A stretch of 62,931 nucleotides of DNA, filler included, from Nemertoderma westbladi (taxonomy: Eukaryota; Animalia; Xenacoelomorpha), in assembly GCA_032718475.1 (NCBI GenBank). It is 3 parts of 3 records of this genome, joined end to end, with 100 filler letters (N's around TTAATTAATTAA, not from the genome) between each part and the next. Parts side by side here need not be neighbours in the genome. Positions count along the whole stretch, not along the records: positions 1 to 26,111 come from JAUCBJ010005539.1; positions 26,212 to 53,151 come from JAUCBJ010001098.1; 1 more part is not named here. The stretch is one strand, 5' to 3'. Numbering within the stretch: the first letter of the stretch is position 1; every line of letters begins with the position of its first letter. Of the stretch, positions 14,234 through 26,670 are shown piece by piece. Below the pieces are notes generated by a model that was not told where the DNA came from, did no database searches, and worked only from the letters and a program-made list of their open reading frames with translations. A program made the position numbers and the translations under genes.

Positions 14234-16531
14234 ATGAAAAAGCAAAATAATGATAATAGTTGGTCTGATAGCGACGATACGTCAGTTGAAGATTCATTAG
14301 GAGCTCAAGGTACCTCCGCAGAGAAAGAGCTTAAAGTCGAATCATCGTCTAGTTCCAGTTCTAGTAGCGACAGTACATCATTGCCAGACACCGTACTGGT
14401 ACGTAAATCGAGGCCTAACAGAAAGAAATCACACAAAGCGTTTGGTTTTAATTTGTTGAATACTTTAGTTTATAAAATTCTCCTTTGTGGATGTTTGACA
14501 TCAAAACCGAAAAATAAAAAAGCTTTTCGAAGTCCAGAAAAGCGAATCTCGCCATTTATGAAGAACGCTGTAAACTCTTTGATACAATTCATTGTTGGAA
14601 CAGCTCTCAGTGTACTCTTCTATTATATCGCCTTGGCCCATTTTCGTTTTCCCATTCAATCAACAACGGTGTTCTTCGTTGCCACTGGTTTCGTGGTGAG
14701 CCTGGGCATGGCATTCTCTGTTTCCATTCGTTGCCTGATATTTCTTTCATTGCCTCAGTTCTTTACCAAGGAAGGTCGCACGATAATATTATTCTATGTG
14801 ATGTCCCTGATGATTTCTGGCCCTGTTATGAACATCCAAGCCAACGTTCACGAGGCAGCACACAGTATGTTTTGCGCTAAAAATTTACTCTTAGACCTTA
14901 AAGAAAAGACTACTGCGAAGACACCTATGGAAGTGATACGCGGAAAAATTGAATCAATTACTAGAGATATTCGAGAGCTTTATAACGACCTAGTGAAACA
15001 TCTTAAGGCGATTAAACAGGGAATTGATGTTATAATCGGTGCATTTAAAGCTGCCACTGCTTGGCTAATGGAACTGAGGGATAGTTGCGATGGTGAATTT
15101 ATGAAACTTCCAGGAAAATGCTACCGATATTCCAATAAGAAAGAAAGGGAATGTTGGAATACCTTACCACCGATAGTAAATTTGGTCTGTTATTCGGTAA
15201 AGGTTCTAGAAGGCATATGTATGCTTTTCGAAAAATTTTTGCACATCTTCCATTATATTTTCTGTGATTTGCCAAAACGTGTAATGGACGCCATAATAGA
15301 TTCAATTGGAGGAACTATATTCACAGCTCTTGATGCTGTAATTGAAGAATTCTATTTCGATATCAAAGTTTACGAGAAAATTAAACTTCGCATGGAAGTT
15401 TCCAAAACAAGAAAAGAAATGTGGCGTGACATAGTTGCCGACCTTGATGAGAGAACAAAGTTGATGCTTCCATTAGCTAACTTTGCCAGTTACATAGCTA
15501 TTCCCGGATTTGCTATAGTAGTGCTAAAAGCTGTCATTTACAGAATTCGGTACCTCAGTAGCGATTCATTCGATAACTACTTCCTCACGCAGGAGTTTTA
15601 CAACCTGGACTATCGACGTAAACAGCGGAAACAGATCTGCGTGATTCCGATGAGAGTAAGGGAGTATTTCAATTACGTACATCCCTACGACGTTCGCTTT
15701 TCCGTTTTGGAGTGGACTCGTTTTGGGCACGGAATTGTGTTCTTTATGTCCCATTTCGTTTCTTGTGCGTTACTCTGCGTATCCGATGTGCTACTCTACA
15801 CTGCACTGAAGAAGGTGCGCGAATTAGGCCTGTACCAATCAGAAAGCTACACTCCTAACTACATCAGTCTCCATGTCAACGGTCATGGATTCCTGCCAGA
15901 TACCTTTCGCTATATTATTGAGGTCTTCGATGTTCGAGGGCCTGCCGACTTTAAATTCGACACAACGAAATGTTTACCTAAAGCCATTGAGCCTGACTGG
16001 GATCACTATAAAGTGATAGGATTCTATTGGGGTACTTCTCTGTTCCTCATAGTATTTGAAACATATGGCCGAAGATTGCGGAGATACGTGTGTTCGATAT
16101 ACTACCCGGCCAGAGAGAAGGAACGGGTTCTGGTATTATACAACCGCATCCTGAGGAGACGTGCTGGAGTATTCGGTATGTTGGTACGCGTGTTAAAAAT
16201 CAAGGAAGACGATAGTTTTTCTTTCAAGATGTGGTTAGCATCGCGTTCCCGTTTTTATCGATTTTTTCGGAAATATGTTCTCGGAAAAGTTGAGAAGTTT
16301 TGCACAAATTGTGGTGTTCCGCATTCAATAAAGAAAGCAGAACCAAAAACTTACAAACGTTGCGAAATAGGTTGCGTGGAAACAAAGACGGTTTACTGCC
16401 TTGAATGTGTTGATCAAGTTGGTAATATTTGCTTAAAATGTCATCTACCTTTGAATACTGACGAATTGACTGATTTCGAAATGGAATTTGATTCAAGTGA
16501 CGACAATTTTCATACCGAATTGAATGACTAA
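14234..16531 (+). CDS. DCST2: DC-STAMP domain protein, DCST2/SPE-42/Sneaky-like, in a single uninterrupted ORF
   Basis: Several hydrophobic TM segments and a Cys-rich ectodomain. Family motifs LSLPQFFTKEGR, GPVMNI, FDNYFLT, CLPKAIEPD, RLRRYVCSIYYPAREKERVLVLYN. C-terminal RING-like Cys cluster (CTNC..CEIGC..CLEC..CLKC). First ATG is at 14234 (the ORF track starts at TTG 14171). DCST2 versus DCST1 is from recalled motifs only. Confidence 0.8.
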   Translation: MKKQNNDNSWSDSDDTSVEDSLGAQGTSAEKELKVESSSSSSSSSDSTSLPDTVLVRKSRPNRKKSHKAFGFNLLNTLVYKILLCGCLTSKPKNKKAFRSPEKRISPFMKNAVNSLIQFIVGTALSVLFYYIALAHFRFPIQSTTVFFVATGFVVSLGMAFSVSIRCLIFLSLPQFFTKEGRTIILFYVMSLMISGPVMNIQANVHEAAHSMFCAKNLLLDLKEKTTAKTPMEVIRGKIESITRDIRELYNDLVKHLKAIKQGIDVIIGAFKAATAWLMELRDSCDGEFMKLPGKCYRYSNKKERECWNTLPPIVNLVCYSVKVLEGICMLFEKFLHIFHYIFCDLPKRVMDAIIDSIGGTIFTALDAVIEEFYFDIKVYEKIKLRMEVSKTRKEMWRDIVADLDERTKLMLPLANFASYIAIPGFAIVVLKAVIYRIRYLSSDSFDNYFLTQEFYNLDYRRKQRKQICVIPMRVREYFNYVHPYDVRFSVLEWTRFGHGIVFFMSHFVSCALLCVSDVLLYTALKKVRELGLYQSESYTPNYISLHVNGHGFLPDTFRYIIEVFDVRGPADFKFDTTKCLPKAIEPDWDHYKVIGFYWGTSLFLIVFETYGRRLRRYVCSIYYPAREKERVLVLYNRILRRRAGVFGMLVRVLKIKEDDSFSFKMWLASRSRFYRFFRKYVLGKVEKFCTNCGVPHSIKKAEPKTYKRCEIGCVETKTVYCLECVDQVGNICLKCHLPLNTDELTDFEMEFDSSDDNFHTELND

Positions 16532-17024
16532 TAATTTATAATATAATTATTGATTTATTTCAATTACTTATTAACATTACTTTTAGTCAAACAGATTGCA
16601 GAAAAGCACATTGTTTTTTTTACAATTTTTTACAAAACAATTTTTTGTGTGATAAAATGCGACATTTAGGTAGAGCGGTATTTCAAAACTAATCGTAAGT
16701 AGGATGCAAAAATGAGTCGGGGAGGGGGGACTCTAAATTTACTTTCTAAGGGGACTCTAAATTTACGAAATCCATTGCCAATGCTGTTCAATTTATCTAT
16801 CTATTTATCTACTGTGAAGGTTGCTGAAATAAAAATTAACCCTAGAAAAAAATATGAAATACTCACGAGCACATAATAGTAGGTAGGGCTATGAGAGTTT
16901 GACATTATCAGCAATGAAAATTTGGAACAATTTACCAATTGATACAAGGTCAACAAAATCATTTTCGGTCTTCCAAAAACAAATTGAGCTATTACAAATA
17001 ATTTAAACGGAATGTTGACACATA

Positions 17025-20000
17025 GGCCCCCCTCACACGGAGCAATTTGTTTCTGCAACTTGTTTCTGAAACTTGTTGCTGGACCCCCTCACACACAGAA
17101 ACTTGTTGCTGCAACTTGTTTCTGAAACTTGTTGCTGGACCCCCTCACACACAGAAACTTGTTGCTGGACCCCCTCACACACAGAAACTTGTTGCTGGAC
17201 CCCCTCACACACAGAAACTTGTTGCTGGACCCCCTCACACACAGAAACTTGTTTCTGCAACTTGTTTCTGAAACTTGTTGCTGGACCCCCTCACACACAG
17301 AAACTTGTTGCTGCAACTTGTTTCTGAAACTTGTTGCTGGACCCCCTCACACACAGAAACTTGTTGCTGGACCCCCTCACACAAGTTTCAGAAACAAGTT
17401 GCAGCAACAAGTTTCTGTGTGTGAGGGGGTCCAGCAACAAGTTTCAGAAACTTGTTGCTGGACCCCCTCACACAAGTTTCAGAAATTTGTTGCTGGACCC
17501 CCTCACACAAGTTTCAGAAACAAGTAGCAGAAACAAGTTTCTGTGTGTGAGGGGGTCCAGCAACAAGTTTCTGTGTATGAGGGGGTCCAGCAACAAGTTT
17601 CTGAAACTTGTTGCTGGACCCCCTCACACACAGAAACTTGTTGCTGGACCCCCTCACACACAGAAACTTGTTGCTGGACCCCCTCACACACAGAAACTTG
17701 TTTCTGGACCCCCTCACACACAGAAACTTGTTGCTGGACCCCCTCACACACAGAAACTTGTTGCTGGACCCCCTCACACACAGAAACTTGTTTATGCAAC
17801 TTGTTTCTGAAACTTGTTGCTGGACCCACTCACACACAGAAATTTGTTGCTGGACCCCCTCACACACAGAAATTTGTTGCTGGACCCCCTCACACACAGA
17901 AACTTGTTGCTGGACCCCCTCACACACAGGAACTTGTTGCTGGACCCCCTTACACACAGAAACTTGTTGCTGGACCCCCTCACACACAGAAACTTGTTTC
18001 TGAAACTTGTTTCTGAAACTTGTTGCTGGACCCCCTAACACACAGAAACTTGTTTAAGCAACTTGTTTCTGAAACTTGTTGCTGGACCCCCTCACACACA
18101 GAAACTTGTTGCTGGACCCCCTCACACACAGAAACTTGTTTCTGAAACTTGTTTCTGAAACTTGTTGCTGGACCCCCTAACACACAGAAACTTGTTTAAG
18201 CAACTTGTTTCTGAAACTTGTTGCTGGACCCCCTAACACACAGAAACTTGTTTAAGCAACTTGTTTCTGAAACTTGTTGCTGGACCCCCTCACACACAGA
18301 AACTTGTTGCTGGACCCCCTCACACACAGAAACTTGTTGCTGGACCCCCTTACAAACAGAAACTTGTTGCCGGACCCCCTAACACACAGAAACTTGTTGC
18401 TGGACCCCCTCACACACATAAACTTGTTGCTGGACCCCCTCACACACAGAAACTTGTTGCTGGACCCCCTCACATACAGAAACTTGTTGCTGGACCCCCT
18501 CACACACACAAACTTGTTTCTGCAACTTGTTTCTGAAACTTGTTGCTGGACCCCCTCACACACAGAAACTTGTTGCTGCAACTTGTTTCTGAAACTTGTT
18601 GCTGGACCCCCTCACACACAGAAACTTGTTGCTGGACCCCCTCACACACAGAAACCTGTTGCTGCAACTTGTTTCTGAAACTTGTTGCTGGACCCCCTCA
18701 CACACAGAAACTTGTTGCTGGACCCCCTCACACACAGAAACTTGTTGCTGGACCCCCTCATACACAGAAACTTGTTGCTGGACCCCCTCACACACATAAA
18801 CTTGTTTATGCAACTTGTTTCTGAAACTTGTTGCTGGACCCCCTCACACACAGAAACTTGTTGCTGGACCCCCTCACACACAGAAACTTGTTTATGCAAC
18901 TTGTTTCTGAAACTTGTTGCTGGACCCCCTCACACACAGAAATTTGTTGCTGGACCCCCTCACACACAGAAATTTGTTGCTGGACCCCCTCACACACAGA
19001 AACTTGTTGCTGGACCCCCTCACACACAGAAATTTGTTGCTGGACCCCCTCACACACAGAAACTTGTTGCTGGACCCCCTCACACACAGGAACTTGTTGC
19101 TGGACCCCCTTACACACAGAAACTTGTTGCTGGACCCCCTCACACACAGAAACTTGTTTCTGAAACTTGTTTCTGAAACTTGTTTCTGAAACTTGTTGCT
19201 GGACCCCCTCACACACAGAAACTTGTTGCTGGACCCCCTCACACACAGAAACTTGTTGCTGGACCCCCTCACACACAGAAACTTGTTGCTGGACCCCCTC
19301 ACACACAGAAACATGTTGCTGGACCCCCTCACACACAGAAACTTGTTGCTGGACCCCCTCACACACAGAAACTTGTTGCTGGACCCCCTCACACACAGAA
19401 ACTTGTTGCTGGACCCCCTCACACACAGAAACTTGTTGCTGGACCCCCTCACACACAGAAACTTGTTTATGCAACTTGTTTCTGAAACTTGTTGCTGGCC
19501 CCCCTCACACACAGAAACTTGTTGCTGGACCCCCTTACACACAGAAACTTGTTGCTGGACCCCCTCACACACAGAAACTTGTTGCTGGACCCCCTCACAC
19601 ACAGAAACTTGTTGCTGGACCCCCTCACACACAGAAACTTGTTGCTGGACCCCCTCACACACAGAAACTTGTTGCTGGACCCCCTCACACACAGAAACTT
19701 GTTTCTGAAACTTGTTTCTGAAACTTGTTGCTGGACCCCCTAACACACAGAAACTTGTTTAAGCAACTTGTTTCTGAAACTTGTTGCTGGACCCCCTCAC
19801 ACACAGAAACTTGTTGCTGGACCCCCTCACACACAGAAACTTGTTTCTGAAACTTGTTTCTGAAACTTGTTGCTGGACCCCCTAACACACAGAAACTTGT
19901 TTAAGCAACTTGTTTCTGAAACTTGTTGCTGGACCCCCTAACACACAGAAACTTGTTTAAGCAACTTGTTTCTGAAACTTGTTGCTGGACCCCCTCACAC

Positions 20001-23000
20001 ACAGAAACTTGTTGCTGGACCCCCTCACACACAGAAACTTGTTGCTGGACCCCCTTACAAACAGAAACTTGTTGCCGGACCCCCTAACACACAGAAACTT
20101 GTTGCTGGACCCCCTCACACACATAAACTTGTTGCTGGACCCCCTCACACACAGAAACTTGTTGCTGGACCCCCTCACATACAGAAACTTGTTGCTGGAC
20201 CCCCTCACACACACAAACTTGTTTCTGCAACTTGTTTCTGAAACTTGTTGCTGGACCCCCTCACACACAGAAACTTGTTGCTGCAACTTGTTTCTGAAAC
20301 TTGTTGCTGGACCCCCTCACACACAGAAACTTGTTGCTGGACCCCCTCACACACAGAAACCTGTTGCTGCAACTTGTTTCTGAAACTTGTTGCTGGACCC
20401 CCTCACACACAGAAACTTGTTGCTGGACCCCCTCACACACAGAAACTTGTTGCTGGACCCCCTCATACACAGAAACTTGTTGCTGGACCCCCTCACACAC
20501 ATAAACTTGTTTATGCAACTTGTTTCTGAAACTTGTTGCTGGACCCCCTCACACACAGAAACTTGTTGCTGGACCCCCTCACACACAGAAACTTGTTTAT
20601 GCAACTTGTTTCTGAAACTTGTTGCTGGACCCCCTCACACACAGAAATTTGTTGCTGGACCCCCTCACACACAGAAATTTGTTGCTGGACCCCCTCACAC
20701 ACAGAAACTTGTTGCTGGACCCCCTCACACACAGAAATTTGTTGCTGGACCCCCTCACACACAGAAACTTGTTGCTGGACCCCCTCACACACAGGAACTT
20801 GTTGCTGGACCCCCTTACACACAGAAACTTGTTGCTGGACCCCCTCACACACAGAAACTTGTTTCTGAAACTTGTTTCTGAAACTTGTTTCTGAAACTTG
20901 TTTCTGAAACTTGTTGCTGGACCCCCTCACACACAGAAACTTGTTGCTGGACCCCCTCACACACAGAAACTTGTTGCTGGACCCCCTCACACACAGAAAC
21001 TTGTTGCTGGACCCCCTCACACACAGAAACATGTTGCTGGACCCCCTCACACACAGAAACTTGTTGCTGGACCCCCTCACACACAGAAACTTGTTGCTGG
21101 ACCCCCTCACACACAGAAACTTGTTGCTGGACCCCCTCACACACAGAAACTTGTTGCTGGACCCCCTCACACACAGAAACTTGTTTATGCAACTTGTTTC
21201 TGAAACTTGTTGCTGGCCCCCCTCACACACAGAAACTTGTTGCTGGACCCCCTTACACACAGAAACTTGTTGCTGGACCCCCTCACACACAGAAACTTGT
21301 TGCTGGACCCCCTCACACACAGAAACTTGTTGCTGGACCCCCTCACACACAGAAACTTGTTGCTGGACCCCCTCACACACAGAAACTTGTTGCTGGACCC
21401 CCTCACACACAGAAACTTGTTTATGCAACTTGTTTCTGAAACTTGTTGCTGGACCCCCTCACACACAGAAACTTGTTGCTGGACCCCCTCACACACAGAA
21501 ACTTGTTGCTGGACCCCCTCACACACAGAAACTTGTTGCTGGACCCCTCACACACAGAAACTTGTTGCTGGACCCCCTCATACACATAAACTTGTTGCTG
21601 GACCCCCTCACACACAGAAACTTGTTGCTGGACCCCCTCATACACAGAAACTTGTTGCTGGACCCCCTCACACACAGAAACTTGTTGCTGGACCCCTCAC
21701 ACACAGAAACTTGTTGCTGGACCCCCTCATACACATAAACTTGTTGCTGGACCCCCTCACACACAGAAACTTGTTGCTGGACCCCCTCACACACAGAAAC
21801 TTGTTGCTGGACCCCTCACACACAGAAACTTGTTGCTGGACCCCCTCACACACAGAAATTTGTTGCTGGACCCCCTCACACACAGAAACTTGTTGCTGGA
21901 CCCCCTCACACACAGGAACTTGTTGCTGGACCCCCTTACACACAGAAACTTGTTGCTGGACCCCCTCACACACAGAAACTTGTTTCTGAAACTTGTTTCT
22001 GAAACTTGTTGCTGGACCCCCTCACACACAGAAATTTGTTGCTGGACCCCCTCACACACAGAAATTTGTTGCTGGACCCCCTCACACACAGAAACTTGTT
22101 GCTGGACCCCCTCACACACAGAAATTTGTTGCTGGACCCCCTCACACACAGAAACTTGTTGCTGGACCCCCTCACACACAGGAACTTGTTGCTGGACCCC
22201 CTTACACACAGAAACTTGTTGCTGGACCCCCTCACACACAGAAACTTGTTTCTGAAACTTGTTTCTGAAACTTGTTTCTGAAACTTGTTTCTGAAACTTG
22301 TTTCTGAAACTTGTTGCTGGACCCCCTCACACACAGAAACTTGTTGCTGGACCCCCTCACACACAGAAACTTGTTGCTGGACCCCCTCACACACAGAAAC
22401 TTGTTGCTGGACCCCCTCACACACAGAAACATGTTGCTGGACCCCCTCACACACAGAAACTTGTTGCTGGACCCCCTCACACACAGAAACTTGTTGCTGG
22501 ACCCCCTCACACACAGAAACTTGTTTATGCAACTTGTTTCTGAAACTTGTTGCTGGCCCCCCTCACACACAGAAACTTGTTGCTGGACCCCCTTACACAC
22601 AGAAACTTGTTGCTGGACCCCCTCACACACAGAAACTTGTTGCTGGACCCCCTCATACACATAAACTTGTTGCTGGACCCCCTCACACACAGAAACTTGT
22701 TGCTGGACCCCCTCATACACAGAAACTTGTTGCTGGACCCCCTCACACACAGAAACTTGTTGCTGGACCCCTCACACACAGAAACTTGTTGCTGGACCCC
22801 CTCATACACATAAACTTGTTGCTGGACCCCCTGACACACAGAAACTTGTTGCTGGACCCCCTGACACACAGAAACTTGTTTCTGAAACTTGTTTCTGAAA
22901 CTTGTTTCTGAAACTTGTTGCTGGACCCCCTAACACACAGAAACTTGTTTAAGCAACTTGTTTCTGAAACTTGTTGCTGGACCCCCTCACACACAGAAAC

Positions 23001-26000
23001 TTGTTGCTGGACCCCCTCACACACAGAAACTTGTTGCTGGACCCCTCACACACAGAAACTTGTTGCTGGACCCCCTCATACACATAAACTTGTTGCTGGA
23101 CCCCCTCACACACAGAAACTTGTTGCTGGACCCCCTCATACACATAAACTTGTTGCTGGACCCCCTCACACACAGAAACTTGTTGCTGGACCCCCTCACA
23201 CACAGAAATTTGTTGCTGGACCCCCTCACACACAGAAACTTGTTGCTGGACCCCTCACACACAGAAACTTGTTGCTGGACCCCCTCATACACATAAACGT
23301 GTTGCTGGACCCCCTCACACACAGAAACTTGTTGCTGGACCCCCTCATACACAGAAACTTGTTGCTGGACCCCCTCACACACAGAAACTTGTTGCTGGAC
23401 CCCTCACACACAGAAACTTGTTGCTGGACCCCCTCATACACATAAACTTGTTGCTGGACCCCCTGACACACAGAAACTTGTTGCTGGACCCCCTGACACA
23501 CAGAAACTTGTTTCTGAAACTTGTTTCTGAAACTTGTTGCTGGACCCCCCTAACACACAGAAACTTGTTTAAGCAACTTGTTTCTGAAACTTGTTGCTGG
23601 ACCCCCTCACACACAGAAACTTGTTGCTGGACCCCCCTCACACACAGAAATTTGTTGCTGGACCCCCTCACACACAGAAACTTGTTGCTGGACCCCCCTC
23701 ATACACATAAACTTGTTGCTGGACCCCTCACACACAGAAACTTGTTGCTGGACCCCCTCATACACATAAACATGTTGCTGGACCCCCTCACACACAGAAA
23801 CTTGTTGCTGGACCCCCTCATACACAGAAACTTGTTGCTGGACCCCCTCACACACAGAAACTTGTTGCTGGACCCCTCACACACAGAAACTTGTTGCTGG
23901 ACCCCCTCATACACATAAACTTGTTGCTGGACCCCCTGTCACACAGAAACTTGTTGCTGGATCCCCTGACACACAGAAACTTGTTTCTGAAACTTGTTTC
24001 TGAAACTTGTTGCTGGACCCCCTAACACACAGAAACTTGTTTAAGCAACTTGTTTCTGAAACTTGTTGCTGGACCCCCTCACACACAGAAACTTGTTGCT
24101 GGACCCCCTCACACACAGAAACTTGTTGCTGGACCCCTCACACACAGAAACTTGTTGCTGGACCCCCTCATACACATAAACTTGTTGCTGGACCCCCTCA
24201 CACACAGAAACTTGTTGCTGGACCCCCTCATACACATAAACTTGTTGCTGGACCCCCTCACACACAGAAACTTGTTGCTGGACCCCCTCACACACAGAAA
24301 CTTGTTGCTGGACCCCCTCACACACAGAAACTTGTTGCCGGACCCCTCACACACAGAAACTTGTTGCTGGACCCCCTCATACACATAAACTTGTTGCTGG
24401 ACCCCCTCACACACAGAAACTTGTTGCTGGACCCCCTCATACACAGAAACTTGTTGCTGGACCCCCTCACACACAGAAACTTGTTGCTGGACCCCTCACA
24501 CACAGAAACTTGTTGCTGGACCCCCTCATACACATAAACTTGTTGCTGGACCCCCTGACACACAGAAACTTGTTGCTGGACCCCCTGACACACCGAAACT
24601 TGTTTCTGAAACTTGTTTCTGAAACTTGTTGCTGGACCCCCTAACACACAGAAACTTGTTTAAGCAACTTGTTTCTGAAACTTGTTGCTGGACCCCCTCA
24701 CACACAGAAACTTGTTGCTGGACCCCCTCACACACAGAAATTTGTTGCTGGACCCCCTCACACACAGAAATTTGTTGCTGGACCCCCTCATACACATAAA
24801 CTTGTTGCTGGACCCCACTCACACACAGAAACTTGTTGCTGCAACTTGTTTCAGAAACTTGTTGCTGGACCCCCTCACACACAGAAACTTGTTGCTGGAC
24901 CCCCTCACACACAGAAACTTGTTGCTGGACCCCTCACACACAGAAACTTGTTGCTGGACCCCACTCACACACATAAACTTGTTGATGGACCCCTCACACA
25001 CAGAAACTTGTTGCTGGACCCCCTCATACACATAAACTTATTGCTGGACCCCCTCACACACAGAAACTTGTTGCTGGACCCTCTCACACACAGAAACTTG
25101 TTGCTGGACCCCTCACACACAGAAACTTGTTGCTGGACCCCCTCACACACAGAAACTTGTTGCTGGCCCCCCTTACACACAGAAACTTGTTGCTGGACCC
25201 CCTCACACACAGAAACTTGTTGCTGGACCCCCTCACACACATAAACTTGTTGCTGGACCCCCTCATACACAGAAACTTGTTGCTGGACCCCCTCACACAC
25301 AGAAACTTGTTGCTGCAACTTGTTTCTGAAACTTGTTGCTGGACCCCCTCACACACAGAAACTTGTTGCTGGACCCCCTCACACACAGAAACTTGTTGCT
25401 GGACCCCCTCACACACAGAAACTTGTTGCTGGACCCCCTCACACACAGAAACTTGTTGCTGGACCCCTCACACACAGAAACTTGTTGCTGGACCCCCTCA
25501 TACACATAAACTTGTTGCTGGACCCCCTCACACACAGAAACTTGTTGCTGGACCCCCTCATACACAGAAACTTGTTGCTGGACCCCCTCACACACAGAAA
25601 CTTGTTGCTGGACCCCTCACACACAGAAACTTGTTGCTGGACCCCCTCATACACATAAACTTGTTGCTGGACCCCCTGACACACAGAAACTTGTTGCTGG
25701 ACCCCCTGACACACAGAAACTTGTTTCTGAAACTTGTTTCTGAAACTTGTTGCTGGACCCCCTAACACACAGAAACTTGTTTAAGCAACTTGTTTCTGAA
25801 ACTTGTTGCTGGACCCCCTCACACACAGAAACTTGTTGCTGGACCCCCTCACACACAGAAATTTGTTGCTGGACCCCCTCACACACAGAAACTTGTTGCT
25901 GGACCCCCCTCATACACATAAACTTGTTGCTGGACCCCACTCACACACAGAAACTTGTTGCTGCAACTTGTTTCAGAAACTTGTTGCTGGACCCCCTCAC

Positions 26001-26111
26001 ACACAGAAACTTGTTGCTGGACCCCCTCACACACAGAAACTTGTTGCTGGACCCCTCACACACAGAAACTTGTTGCTGGACCCCACTCACACACATAAAC
26101 TTGTTGATGGA
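17025..26111. repeat. At least 9-kb satellite of 30-bp units (TTGTTGCTGGACCCCCTCACACACAGAAAC) interspersed with 13-bp units (TTGTTTCTGAAAC and variants)
   Basis: Direct periodicity; the array runs into the assembly gap. All ORFs here are repeat translations. Confidence 0.98.
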
Positions 26112-26211
26112 NNNNNNNNNNNNNNNNNNNNNNNNNNNNNNNNNNNNNNNNNNNNTTAATTAATTAANNNNNNNNNNNNNNNNNNNNNNNNNNNNNNNNN
26201 NNNNNNNNNNN
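26112..26211. other. Artificial contig linker (N44-TTAATTAATTAA-N44)
   Basis: Six-frame-stop 12-mer inside Ns; the same structure occurs at 53152-53251. Confidence 0.95.
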
Positions 26212-26271
26212 TTGATACCATTCTAGGATGTAATCGTTGTCGCTGTTCCGAGCGCGATAGGCTGAATCTCC

Positions 26272-26670
26272 TCAGATTCTAGGCATATTGGTTCGTCTTC
26301 CCAGTCTGTTACGAATATAATTTTCGTGATCTATTCTCGATTTATCGTTACGACGCCGCTGGGTATGATATTTAAATAGAACCATTTCCCTTTCGGTGTC
26401 TACATCGTCCGTATCATGTAAATCGATAGGATGGCCGGTAGTTAGGAGGTCCATATACGTATTATTACGATGCGTATAGCGAGCGGTGAATTTTCGATAG
26501 TCCAATTCACGCGTAAGTTGCTCTTGGGACGTCGGCGGTTCGATATAACGACCATCGTCCTCCGTAATGGTTGGATCGGTTTCACCGCGTATCAAGCTAT
26601 CCACAAATGCTTGTAAAGGTAGAGTATATCGCTCCCTGATACCAAGATCATCTTCTATCAACTCCGTCAT
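26272..26670 (-). CDS. Hypothetical accessory ORF downstream of gag-pol
   Basis: 132 aa with an ATG start and coding-like composition in otherwise AT-rich DNA. The frame stays open after the TGA (GDSAYRARNSDNDYILEWYQ) up to the gap. Confidence 0.4.
   Translation of the reverse strand: MTELIEDDLGIRERYTLPLQAFVDSLIRGETDPTITEDDGRYIEPPTSQEQLTRELDYRKFTARYTHRNNTYMDLLTTGHPIDLHDTDDVDTEREMVLFKYHTQRRRNDKSRIDHENYIRNRLGRRTNMPRI

Noticed and set aside
17033-26163. Dozens of ORFs in the 30-bp satellite
   Set aside because: They are translations of a stop-poor 30-bp unit in several frames on both strands, broken by 13-bp units; there is no evidence of coding.
26156-26167. TTAATTAATTAA motif, also at 53196-53207
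   Set aside because: Artificial all-frame-stop linker inside the N runs.
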